From contig OZ024741.1 in NCBI GenBank assembly GCA_964016885.1, positions 229,338,001 through 229,402,000 of the forward strand: a stretch of DNA of 64,000 nucleotides. Reading direction: 5' to 3'. This document shows, piece by piece, positions 39,601 through 57,400 of this stretch. The position numbers and the translations under genes are program-made. This DNA is from Eledone cirrhosa. Its lineage: Eukaryota. The notes beneath the pieces are model-generated. The model searched no databases. It was not told the DNA's origin and saw nothing but the letters and a program-made list of their open reading frames with translations. Position 1 is the stretch's first letter. Each line of letters begins with the position of its first letter.

Positions 39601-42570
39601 TACTGATATACATACACACCAGACTGATATACATACACACAAGACTGATACACATACACACCAGACTGATACACATACACACCAGACTGATATACATACA
39701 CACCAGACTGATTCACATACACACCATACTGATATACATACACACCATACTGATATACATACACACCAGACTGATATACATACACACCAGACTGATACAC
39801 ATACACATCAGACTGATACACATACACATCAGACTGATACACATACACACCAGACTGATATACATACACACCAGACTGATACACATACACACCAGACTGA
39901 TATACACACACACCAGACTGATACACACCCACACAAGACTGATACACATACACACCAGACTGATACACATACACATCAGACTGATACACATACACACCAA
40001 ACTGATACACTTACACACCAGACTGATACACATACACACCAGACTGATACACATACACATCAGACTGATATACATACACACCAAACTGATATACACACAC
40101 ACCAGACTGATACACATACACACCAGACTGATACACACACACACACCAGACTGATACACATACACATCAGACTGATATACATACACACCAAACTGATACA
40201 CATACTCACCAGACTGATACACAAACACACCAGACTGATACACATACACACCAGACTGATACACATACACACCAGACTGATACAGATACACACCAGACTG
40301 ATACACATACACACCAGACTGATACACATACACACCAGACTGATACAGATACACACCAGACTGATATACATACACACCAGACTGATACACATACACACCA
40401 GACTGATACACATACACACCAGACTGATACACATACATACCAGACTGATATACATACACACCAGACTGATATACATACACACCAGACTGATACACATACA
40501 CACCAGACTGATACATATACACACCAGACTGATACACATACACACCAGACTGATATACTTACACACCAGACTGATATACATACACACCAGACTGATATAC
40601 ATACACACCAGACTGATACACATACACACCAGACTGATACATATACACACCAGACTGATATACATAAACACCAGACTGATAGACATACACACCAGACTGA
40701 TACACATACACACCAGACTGATACACATACACACCAGACTGATACACATACACACCAGACTGATATACATACACACCAGACTGATATACATACACACCAG
40801 ACTGATACACATACACACCAGACTGATACATATACACACCAGACTGATACACACACACACCAGACTGATATACATACACACCAGACTGATACATATACAC
40901 ACCAGACTGATACACATACACACCAGACTGATATACATACACACCAGACTGATATACATACACACCAGACTGATACACATACACACCAGACTGATACATA
41001 TACACACCAGACTGATACACATACACACCAGACTGATATACATACACACCAGACTGATATACATACACACCAGACTGATACACATGCACACCAGACTGAT
41101 ATACATACACACCAGACTGATACATATACACACCAGACTGATACACATACACACCAGACTGATACACATACACACCAGACTGATACACATACACACCAGA
41201 CTGATATACATACACACCAGACTGATACACATACACACCAGACTGATATACATACACACCAGACTGATACACATACACACCAGACTGATATACATACACA
41301 CCAGACTGATGCATATACACACCAGACTGATATACATACACACCAGACTGATACACATACACACCAGACTGATACACATACACACCAGAATGATACACAT
41401 ACACTCCAGACTGATATACATACACACCAGACTGATACACATACACACCAGACTGATACACATACACACCAGACTGATATACATACACACCAGACTGATA
41501 CACATACACACCAGACTGATACATATACACACCAGACTGATATACATAAACACCAGACTGATATACATACACACCAGACTGATACACATACACACCAGAC
41601 TGATACACATACACACCAGACTGATACACATACACACCAGACTGATATACATACACACCAGACGGATACATATACACACCAGACTGATACACATACACAC
41701 CAGACTGATAAACATACACACCAGACTGATATACATACACACCAGACTGATACACATACACACCAGACTGATACATATACACACCAGACTGATACACATA
41801 CACACCAGACTGATATACATACACACCAGACTGATATACATACACACCAGACTGATACAGATACACACCAGACTGATATACATACACACCAGACTGATAC
41901 ATATACACACCAGACTGATACACATACACACCAGACTGATACACATACACACCAGACTGATACACATACACACCAGACTGATATACATACACACCAGACT
42001 GATACACATACACACCAGACTGATACACATACACACCAGACTGATACACATACACACCAGACTGATATACATACACACTAGACTGATATACATACACACC
42101 AGACTGATACACATACACTCCAGACTGATATACATACACACCTAGACTGATACACATACACACCAGACTGATATACATACACACCAGACTGATACACATA
42201 CACACCAGACTGATACACATACACACCAGACTGATACACATACACACCAGACTGATATACATACACACCAGACTGATACACATACATACCAGACTGATAC
42301 ACATACACACCAGACTGATACAAATACACACCAGACTGATACACATACACACCAGACTGATATACATACACATCAGACTGATACACATACACACCAGACT
42401 GATACACATACACACCAAACTGATACACATACACACCAGACTGATACAAATACACACCAGACTGATACACATACACACCAGACTGATATACATACACATC
42501 AGACTGATACACATACACACCAGACTGATACACATACACATCAGACTGATACACATACACACCAGACTGA
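36660..42570. repeat. Block duplication with 3467-bp offset (165 units + 2 bp)
   Basis: 23-bp unit at 36663/40130, GATAGAC at 37211/40678, GATGCATAT at 37841/41308, and GACGGAT plus GATAAAC at ~38194-38245 and ~41661-41712 (the latter pairs also at offset 3467). Confidence 0.8.
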
Positions 42571-45500
42571 TATGCATACACACCAAACTGATACACATAC
42601 ACACCAGACTGATACACATACACACCAGACTGATATACATACACACCAGACTGATTCACATACACACCATACTGATATACATACACACCAGACTGATATA
42701 CATACACACAAGACTGATACACATACACACCAGACTGATACACATACACACCAGACTGATATACATACACACCAGACTGATTCACATACACACCATACTG
42801 ATATACATACACACCATACTGATATACATACACACCAGACTGATATACATACACACCAGACTGATACACATACACATCAGACTGATACACATACACACCA
42901 GACTGATATACATACACACCAGACTGATACACATACACACCAGACTGATATACACACACACCAGACTGATACACACCCACACAAGACTGATACACATACA
43001 CACCAGACTGATACACATACACATCAGACTGATACACATACACACCAAACTGATACACATACACACCAGACTGATACACATACACACCAGACTGATACAC
43101 ATACACATCAGACTGATATACATACACACCAAACTGATATACACACACACCAGACTGATACACATACACACCAGACTGATACACACACACACACCAGACT
43201 GATACACATACACATCAGACTGATATACATACACACCAAACTGATACACATACACACCAGACTGATACACAAACACACCAGACTGATACACATACACACC
43301 AGACTGATACACATACACACCAGACTGATACAGATACACACCAGACTGATACACATACACACCAGACTGATACACATACACACCAGACTAATATACATAC
43401 ACACCAGACTGATATACATACACACCAGACTGATACACATACACACCAGCCTGATACACATACACACCAGACTGATACACATACATACCAGACTGATATA
43501 CATACACACCAGACTGATATACATACACACCAGACTGATACACATACACACCAGACTGATACATATACACACCAGACTGATACACATACACACCAGACTG
43601 ATATACATACACACCAGACTGATATACATACACACCAGACTGATATACATACACACCAGACTGATACACATACACACCAGACTGATACATATACACACCA
43701 GACTGATGCACATACACACCAGACTGATATACATACACACCAGACTGATACACATACACACCAGACTGATATACACACACACCAGACTGATACACACCCA
43801 CACAAGACTGATACACATACACACCAGACTGATACACATACACATCAGACTGATACACATACACACCAAACTGATACACATACACACCAGACTGATACAC
43901 ATACACACCAGACTGATACACATACACATCAGACTGATATACATACACACCAAACTGATATACACACACACCAGACTGATACACATACACACCAGACTGA
44001 TACACACACACACACCAGACTTATACACATACACTTCAGACTGATATACATACACACCAAACTGATACACATACACACCAGACTGATACACAAACACACC
44101 AGACTGATACACATACACACCAGACTGATACACATACACACCAGACTGATACAGATACACACCAGACTGATACACTTACACACCAGACTGATACACATAC
44201 ACACCAGACTGATATACATACACACCAGACTGATATACATACACACTAGACTGATACACATACACACCAGATTGATACACATACACACCAGACTGATACA
44301 CATACATACCAGACTGATATACATACACACCAGACTGATATACATACACACCAGACTGATACACATACACAGCAGACTGATACATATACACACCAGACTG
44401 ATACACATACACACCAGACTGATATACATACACACCAGACTGATATACATACACACCAGACTGATATACATACACACCAGACTGATACACATACACACCA
44501 GACTGATACATATACACACCAGACTGATACACATACACACCAGACTGATATACATACACACCAGACTGATACACATACACACCAGACTGATATACATAAA
44601 CACCAGACTGATATACATACACCCCAGACTGATACACATACACACCAGACTGATACACATATACACCAGACTGATACACATACACACCAGACTGATATAC
44701 ATACACACCAGACTGATACACATACACACCAGACTGATATACATACACACCAGACTGATATACATACACACCAGACTGATACACATACACACCAGACTGA
44801 TATACATACACACCAGACTGATACATATACACACCAGACTGATACACATACAACCAGACTGATACACATACACACCAGACTGATACACATACACACCAGA
44901 CTGATATACATACACAATAGACTGATACACATACACACCAGACTGATACACATACACACCAGACTGATACACATACACACCAGACTGATATACATACACA
45001 CTAGACTGATATACATACACACCAGACTGATACACATACACTCCAGACTGATATACATACACACCAGACTGATACACATACACACCAGACTGATATACAT
45101 ACACACCAGACTGATACACATACACACCAGACTGATACACATACACACCAGACTGATACACATACACACCAGACTGATATACATACACACCAGACTGATA
45201 CACATACACACCAGTCTGATACACATACACACCAGACTGATACAAATACACACCAGACTGATACACATACACACCAGACTGATATACATACACATCAGAC
45301 TGATACACATACACACCAGACTGATACACATACACACCAGACTGATACACATACACACCAGACTGATACAAATACACACCAGACTGATACACATACACAC
45401 CAGACTGATATACATACACATCAGACTGATACACATACACACCAGACTGATACACATACACATCAGACTGATACACATACACACCAGACTGATATGCATA

Positions 45501-47199
45501 CACACCAGACTGATACAAACACACACCAGACTGATACACATACACACCAGACTGATATGCATACACCCCAGACTGATACAAATACACACCAGACTGATAC
45601 ACATACACACCAGACTGATATACATACACACCAGACTGATATACATACACACCAGACTGATACACATACACACCAGACTGATACACATACACACCAGACT
45701 GATACACACACACACCAGACTGATACACATACACATCAGACTGATATACATACACACCAAACTGATACACATACACACCAGACTAATACACATACACACC
45801 AGACTGATATACATACACACCAGACTGATTCACATACACACCATACTGATATACATACACACCAGACTGATATACATACACACAAGACTGATACACATAC
45901 ACACCAGACTGATACACATACACACCAGACTGATATACATACACACCAGACTGATTCACATACACATCATACTGATATACATACACACCATACTGATATA
46001 CATACACACCAGACTGATATACATACACACCAGACGGATACACATACACATCAGACTGATACACATACACACCAGACTGATATACATACACACCAGACTG
46101 ATACACATACACACCAGACTGATATACACACACACCAGACTGATACACACCCACACAAGACTGATACACATACACACCAGACTGATACACATACACATCA
46201 GACTGATACACATACACACAAGACTGATACACATACACACCAGACTGATACACATACACACCAGACTGATACACATACACATCAGACTGATATACATACA
46301 CACCAAACTGATATACACACACACCAGACTGATACACATACACACCAGACTGATACACACACACACACCAGACTGATACACATACACATCAGACTGATAT
46401 ACATACACACCAAACTGATACACATACACACCAGACTGATACACAAACACACCAGACTGATACACATACACACCAGACTGATACACATACACACCAGACT
46501 GATACAGATACACACCAGACTGATACACATACACACCAGACTGATACACATACACACCAGACTAATATACATACACACCAGACTGATATACATACACACC
46601 AGACTGATACACATACACACCAGCCTGATACACATACACACCAGACTGATACACATACATACCAGACTGATATACATACACACCAGACTGATATACATAC
46701 ACACCAGACTGATACACATACACACCAGACTGATACATATACACACCAGACTGATACACATACACACCAGACTGATATACATACACACCAGACTGATATA
46801 CATACACACCAGACTGATATACATACACACCAGACTGATACACATACACACCAGACTGATACATATACACACCAGACTGATATACATAAACACCAGACTG
46901 ATATACATACACACCAGACTGATACACATACACACCAGACTGATACACATACACACCAGACTGATACACATACACACCAGACTGATATACATACACACCA
47001 GACTGATATACATACACACCAGACTGATACACATACACACCAGACTGATACATATACACACCAGACTGATACACATACACACCACACTGATATACATACA
47101 CACCAGACTGATACATATACACACCAGACTGATACACATACACTCCAGACTGATATACATACACACCAGACTGATACACATACACACCAGACTGATACA

Positions 47200-48400
47200 C
47201 ATACACACCAGACTGATACATATACACACCAGACTGATACACATACACACCAGATTGATATACATACACACCGGACTGATACACGTACACCCCAGGCTTA
47301 TATACATACACACCTGACTGATATACATACACACCAGACTGATATACGCATACACACCAGACTGATACACATACACACCAGACTGATACACATACACACC
47401 AGACTGATATACATACACACCAGACTGATATACACACACACCAGACTAATATACATACACATCAGACTGATATACATACACACCAGACTGATATACATAC
47501 ACACCAGACTGATACACATACACACCAGACTGATACACATACACACCAGACTGATATACATACACACCAGACTGATACACATATACACCAGACTGATACA
47601 CATATACACCAGACTGATACACATACACACCAGACTGATATACATACACACCAGACTGATTCACATACACACCATACTGATATACATACACACCAGACTG
47701 ATACACATACACACCAGACGGATATACATATACACACCAGACTGATACACATACACACCAGACTGATATACATACACACCAGACTGATATACATACACAC
47801 CAGACTGATATACATACACACCAGACTGATATACACACCCACCGGACTGATACACATACACACCAGGCTGATATACATACACACCAGACTGATAACCATA
47901 CACACCAGATTGATATACATACACACCAGACTGATATACATACACACCAGGCTGATATACATACACACCAGACTGATAACCATACACACCAGATTGATAT
48001 ACATACACACCAGGCTGATATACATACTCACCAGACTGATACACATATACACACCAGACTGATACACATACACACCAGACTGATACACATACACACCAGA
48101 CTGATACACATACACACCAGACTGATATACATACACACCAGACTGATATACATACTCACCAGACTGATACACATATACACACCAGACTGATACACATACA
48201 CACCAGACTGATACACATACACACCAGACTGATACACATACACACCAGACTGATACACATACACACCAGACTGATACACATACTCACCAGACTGATACAC
48301 ATACACACCAGGCTGATATACATACACACCAGACTGATAACCATACACACCAGATTGATATACATACACACCAGACTGACACATATACACACCAGACTGA
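47200..48400. repeat. Junction zone between domains A and B, rich in rare variants and indels
   Basis: Four 23-bp units within ~850 bp (47341, 47721, 48038, 48166). GATAACCAT occurs at 47891, 47975 and 48336, and CCAGGCT and CCAGATT are clustered here. Confidence 0.8.
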
Positions 48401-51400
48401 TACACATACACACCAGACTGATATACATACACACCAGACTGATACATATACACACCAGACTGATACACATACACACCAGACTGATATACATACACACCAG
48501 ACTGATATACATACACACCAGACTGATACACATACACACCAGACTGATACACATATACACCAGACTGATACACATACACACCAGACTGATATGCATACAC
48601 ACCAGACTGATACAAACACACACCAGACTGATACACATACACACCAGACTGATATCCATACACCCCACACTGATACAAATACACACCAGACTGATACACA
48701 TACACACCAGACTGATACACATACACACCAGACTGATATACACACACACCAGATTGATATACAAACACACCAGACTGATACACATACACACCAGACTGAT
48801 TCACATACACACCAGACTGACGTACATACACACCAGACTGATATACATACACACCAGACTGATATACATACACACCAGACTGATACACATACACACCAGA
48901 CTGATACACATACACACCAGACTGATACACATACACACCAGACTGATATACATACACACCAGACTGATACACATACACACCAGACTGATACACATACAGA
49001 CCAGACTGATATACATACACACCAGACTGATACACATACACACCAGACTGATACACATACACTCCAGACTAATACAAATACACACCAGAATGATACACAT
49101 ACACACCAGACTGATACAAATACACACCAGACTGATACACATACACACCAGACTGATACACATACACACCAGACTGATACACATACACACCAGACTGATA
49201 TACATACACACCACACTAATATACATACACACCAGACTGATATACATACACACCAGACTGATACACATACACACCAGACTGATACACATACAGACCAGAC
49301 TGATATACATACAGACCAGACTGATACACATACACACCAGACTGATACACATACACACCAGACTGATACAAATACACACCAGACTGATACACATACACAC
49401 CAGACTGATACACATACACACCAGACTGATATACATACACACCAGACTGATACACATACACACCAGACTGATACACATACACACCAGACTGATATACATA
49501 CACACCAGACTGATACACATACACACCAGACTGATTCACATACACACCAGACTGATATACATACACATCAGACTGATACATATACACACCAGACTGATAC
49601 ACATACACACCAGACTGATACACATACACACCAGACTGATTCACATACACACCAGACTGATATACATACACACCAGACTGATACACATACACACCAGACA
49701 GATACACATACACACCAGACTGATTCACATACACACCAGACTGATACACATACACACCAGACTGATATACATACACACCAGACTGATATACATACACACC
49801 AGACTGATACACATACACACCAGACTGATATACATACACACCAGACTGATACACATACACACCAGACTAATATACATACACACCAGACTGATACACATAC
49901 ACACCAGACTGATATACATACACACCAGACTGATACACATACACACCAGACTGATACACATACACACCAGACTGATACACATGCAGACCAGACTGATATA
50001 CATACACACCAGACTGATACACATACACACCAGACTGATATACATACACACCAGACTGATACACATACACACCAGACTGATACACATACACACCAGACTG
50101 ATATGCATACTCACCAGACTGATACACATACACACCAGACTGATACAAATACACACCAGACTGATACACATACACACCAGACTGATATCGATACACACCA
50201 GACTGATACACATACACACCAGACTGATATACATACACACCAGAGTGATACACATACACACCAGACTGATACACATACACACCAGTCTGATACAGATACA
50301 CACCAGACTGATACACATACACACCAGACTGATACACATACACACCAGACTGATACACATACACATCAGACTGATATACATACACACCAAACTGATATAC
50401 ACACACACCAGACTGATACACATACACACCAGACTGATACACACACACACCAGACTGATACACATACACATCAGACTGATATACACACACACCAGACTGA
50501 TATACATACACACCAGACTGATATACATACACATCAGACTGATACACATACACATCAGACTGATATACATACACATCAGACTGATTCACATACACACCAG
50601 ACTGATACACATACACACAAGACTGATACACATACACACCAGACTGATATACATACAAACCAGAATGATACATATACACACCAGACTGATACATATACAC
50701 ACCAGACTGATACACATACACACCAGACTGATATACATACACACCAGACTGATACACATACACACCAGACTGATACACATACACACCAGACTGATTCACA
50801 TACACACCAGACTGATACACACACACACCAGACTGATATACGTACACACCAGACTGATACACATACACACCAGACTGATATACATACACACCAGACTGAT
50901 ACACATACACACCAGACTGATTCACATACACACCAGCCTGATACACATACACACCAGACTGATACATATACACACCAGACTGATACACATACACACCAGA
51001 CTGATACACATACACACCAGACTGATACATATACACACCAGACTGATACACATACACACCAGACTGATATACATACACACCAGACTGATACACATACGCA
51101 TCAGACTGATATACATACACACCAGAGTGACACACATACACAGCAGACTGATTCACATACACACCAGCCTGATACACATACACACCAGACTGATATACAT
51201 ACACACCAGACTGATATACATACACACCAGACTGATACACATACACACCAGACTGATACACATACACACCAGACTGATATATATATACATACCAGGCTGA
51301 TATACATACACACCAGACTGATATACATACACACCAGACTGATACACATACACACCAGACTGATTCACATACACACCAGACTGATACACATACACACAAG

Positions 51401-54400
51401 ACTGATACACATACACACCAGACTGATTCACATACACACCAGACTGATATACATACACACCAGACTGATATACATATACACCAGACTGATATACATACAC
51501 ACTAGACTGATACACATACACACCAGACTGATATACATACACACCAGACTGATATACATACACACCAGACTGATACACATACACACCAGACTGATACACA
51601 TACACACCAGACTGATATATATATACACACCAGACTGATATACATACACACCAGACTGATATACATACACACCAGACTGATACACATACACACCAGACTG
51701 ATTCACATACACACCAGACTGATACACATACACACCAGACTGATACACATACACACCAGACTGATTCACATACACACCAGACTGATATACATACACACCA
51801 GACTGATACACATACACACCAGACAGATACACATACACACCAGACTGATTCACATACACACCAGACTGATACACATACACACCAGACTGATATACACACA
51901 CACCATACTGATACACATACACACCAGACTGATATACATACACACCAGACTGATATAAATATACACCAGACTGATACACATACACACCAGACTGACACAC
52001 ATACACACCAGACTGATATACATACACACCAGACTGATACACACCAGACTGATACACATACACACCAGACTGATATACATACACACCAGACTGATATACA
52101 TACACACCAGACTGATACACATACACACCAGACTGATTCACATACACACCAGACTGATACACATACACACCAGACTGATACACATACACACCAGACTGAT
52201 ATACACACACACCATACTGATACACATACACACCAGACTGATATACATACACACCAGACTGATATAAATACACACCAGACTGATACACATACACACCAGA
52301 CTGATACACATACACACCAGACTGATATACATACACACCAGACTGATACACATACACACCAGACTGATATATATACACACCAGACTGATACACATACACA
52401 CCAGACTGATATACATACACACCAGACTGATACACATACACACCAGACTGATACACATACACACCAGACTGATATACATACACACCAGACTGATACACAT
52501 ACACACCAGACTGATTCACATACACACCAGACTGATATACATACACATCAGACTGATACACATACACACCAGACTGATACACATACACACCAGACTGATA
52601 CACATACACACCAGACTGATATGCATACACACCAGACTGATACAAACACACACCACACTGATACACATACACACCAGACTGATATGCATACACCCCACAC
52701 TGATACAAATACACACCAGACTGATATACATACACACCAGACTGATACACATACACACCAGACTGATATACACACACACCGGATTGATATACAAACACAC
52801 CAGACTGATACACATACACACCAGACTGATATACATACACACCAGACTGATACACATACACACCAGACTGATACAGATACACACCAGACTGATACACATA
52901 CACACCAGACTGATACACATACACACCAGACTGATACACGTACACACCAGACTGATACACATACACACCAGACTGATACATATACACACCAGAATGTACA
53001 CATACACACCAGACTGATATACATACACACCAGACTGATACACGTACACACCAGACTGATACACATACACACCAGACTGATACATATACACACCAGAATG
53101 TACACATACACACCAGACTGATACACATACACACCAGACTGATACACATACACACCAGACTGATACACATACACACCAGACTGATACACGTACACACCAG
53201 ATTGATACACATACACACCAGACTGATATACATACACACCAGACTGATACACATACACACCAGACTGATATACATACACACCAGACTGATACATATACAC
53301 ACCAGACTGATACACATACACACCAGACTGATACACATACACACCAGACTGATATACATACACACCAGACTGATATACATACACATCAGACTGATATACA
53401 TACACACCAGACTGATACACATACACACCAGACTGATACACATACACACCAGACTGATACACATACACACCAGACTGATACACATACACACCAGACTGAT
53501 ATAGATACACACCAGACTGATATACATACACACCAGACTGATACACATACACACCAGACTGATATACATACACACCAGACTGATACACATACACACCAGA
53601 CTGATATACATACACACCAGACTGATATACATACACACCAGACTGATATACATACACACCAGACTGATACACATACTCACCAGACTGATACACATACACA
53701 CCAGACTGATTCACATACACACCAGACTGATACACATACACACAAGACTGATACACATACACACAAGACTGATACACATACACACCAGACTGATACACAT
53801 ACACACCAGACTGATATACACACACACCATACTGATACACATACACACCAGACTGATATACATACACACCAGACTGATATAAATACACACCAGACTGATA
53901 CACATACACACCAGACTGATACACATACACACCAGACTGATATACATACACACCAGACTGATACACATACACACCAGACTGATATACATACACACCAGAC
54001 TGATATACATACACACCAGACTGATATACATACACACCAGACTGATACACATACACACCAGACTGATACACATACACACCAGACAGATTCACATACACAC
54101 CAGACTGATACACATACACACAAGACTGATACACATACACACAAGACTGATACACATACACACCAGACTGATACACATACACACCAGACGGATATACACA
54201 CACACCATACTGATACACATACACACCAGACTGATATACATACACACCAGACTGATATAAATACACACCAGACTGATACACATACACACCAGACTGATAC
54301 ACATACACACCAGACTGATATACATACACACCAGACTGATACACATACACACCAGACTGATACACATACACACCAGACTGATATACATACACACCAGACT

Positions 54401-57400
54401 GATACACATACACACCAGACTGATTCACATACACACCAGACTGATATACATACACATCAGACTGATACACATACACACCAGACTGATACACATACACACC
54501 AGACTGATACACATACACACCAGACTGATATGCATACACACCAGACTGATACAAACACACACCAGACTGATACACATACACACCAGACTGATATGCATAC
54601 ACCCCACACTGATACAAATACACACCAGACTGATATACATACACACCAGACTGATACACATACACACCAGACTGATATACACACACACCGGATTGATATA
54701 CAAACACACCAGACTGATACACATACACACCAGACTGATTCACATACACACCAGACTGACGTACATACACACCAGACTGATATACATACACACCAGACTG
54801 ATACACATACACACCAGACTGATACACATACACACCAGACTGATACATATACACACCAGACTGATACACATACACACCAGACTAATATACATACACACCA
54901 GACTGATACACATACACACCAGACTGATATACATATACACCAGACTGATATACATACACACCAGACTGATACACATACACACCAGACTGATACACATACA
55001 CACCTGACTGATACACATACACACCAGACTGATACACATACACACCAGACTAATATACATACACACCAGACTGATACACATACACACCAGACTGATATAC
55101 ATACACAACAGACTGATACACATACACACCAGACTGATACACATACACACCAGACTGATACACATACAGACCAGACTGATATACATACACACCAGACTGA
55201 TACACATACACACCAGACTGATATACATACACACCAGACTGATACACATACACACCAGACTGATACACATACACACCAGACTGATATGCATACTCACCAG
55301 ACTGATACACATACACACCAGACTGATACAAATACACACCAGACTGATACACATACACACCAGACTGATATCGATACACACCAGACTGATACACATACAC
55401 ACCAGACTGATATACATACACACCAGAGTGATACACATACACACCAGACTGATACACATACACACCAGTCTGATACAGATACACACCAGACTGATACACA
55501 TACACACCAGACTGATACACATACACACCAGACTGATACACATACACATCAGACTGATATACATACACACCAAACTGATATACACACACACCAGACTGAT
55601 ACACATACACACCAGACTGATACACACACACACCAGACTGATACACATACACATCAGACTGATATACACACACACCAGACTGATATACATACACACCAGA
55701 CTGATATACATACACACCAGACTGATACACATACACATCAGACTGATATACATACACATCAGACTGATTCACATACACACCAGACTGATACACATACACA
55801 CAAGACTGATACACATACACACCAGACTGATATACATACACACCAGAATGATACATATACACACCAGACTGATACATATACACACCAGACTGATACAATT
55901 ACACACCAGACTGATATACATACACACCAGACTGATACACATACACACCAGACTGATACACATACACACCAGACTGATTCACATACACACCAGACTGATA
56001 CACACACACACCAGACTGATATACGTACACACCAGACTGATACACATACACACCAGACTGATATACATACACACCAGACTGATACACATACACACCAGAC
56101 TGATTCACATACACACCAGCCTGATACACATACACACCAGACTGATACATATACACACCAGACTGATACACATACACACCAGACTGATACACATACACAC
56201 CAGACTGATACATATACACACCAGACTGATACACATACACACCAGACTGATATACATACACACCAGACTGATACACATACGCATCAGACTGATATACATA
56301 CACACCAGAGTGACACACATACACACCAGACTGATTCACATACACACCAGCCTGATACACATACACACCAGACTGATATACATACACACCAGACTGATAT
56401 ACATACACACCAGACTGATACACATACACACCAGACTGATACACATACACACCAGACTGATATATATATACACACCAGGCTGATATACATACACACCAGA
56501 CTGATATACATACACACCAGACTGATACACATACACACCAGACTGATTCACATACACACCAGACTGATACACATACACACAAGACTGATACACATACACA
56601 CCAGACTGATTCACATACACACCAGACTGATATACATACACACCAGACTGATATACATATACACCAGACTGATATACATACACACTAGACTGATACACAT
56701 ACACACCAGACTGATATACATACACACCAGACTGATATACATACACACCAGACTGATACACATACACACCAGACTGATACACATACACACCAGACTGATA
56801 TATATATACACACCAGACTGATATACATACACACCAGACTGATATACATACACACCAGACTGATACACATACACACCAGACTGATTCACATACACACCAG
56901 ACTGATACACATACACACCAGACTGATACACATACACACCAGACTGATTCACATACACACCAGACTGATATACATACACACCAGACTGATACACATACAC
57001 ACCAGACAGATACACATACACACCAGACTGATTCACATACACACCAGACTGATACACATACACACCAGACTGATATACACACACACCATACTGATACACA
57101 TACACACCAGACTGATATACATACACACCAGACTGATATAAATACACACCAGACTGATACACATACACACCAGACTGACACACATACACACCAGACTGAT
57201 ATACATACACACCAGACTGATACACATACACACCAGACTGATACACATACACACCAGACTGATATACATACACACCAGACTGATATACATACACACCAGA
57301 CTGATACACATACACACCAGACTGATTCACATACACACCAGACTGATACACATACACACCAGACTGATATACATACACATCAGACTGATACACATACACA

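Larger units (their letters stand above)
3850..47200. repeat. Higher-order repeat domain A (variable-length blocks, about 0.8-7 kb)
   Basis: Recurring ordered cassette: ATGCATACACCCC/ACAAAT units, then CATCAG/CCAAAC, GATTCAC...CCATAC, CACAAG, and the 23-bp unit GATACACACACACACACCAGACT at 4870, 6575, 9664, 11598, 13616, 15781, 17841, 24584, 26497, 29691, 36663, 40130, 43178, 43999 and 46352. Confidence 0.88.

Noticed and set aside
42127-44870. Singleton 1-bp indels at ~42141 (+1) and ~44852 (-1), and likewise ~2842 (-1)
   Set aside because: Each is seen once with no paralogous support, so it cannot be told apart from consensus error without reads.
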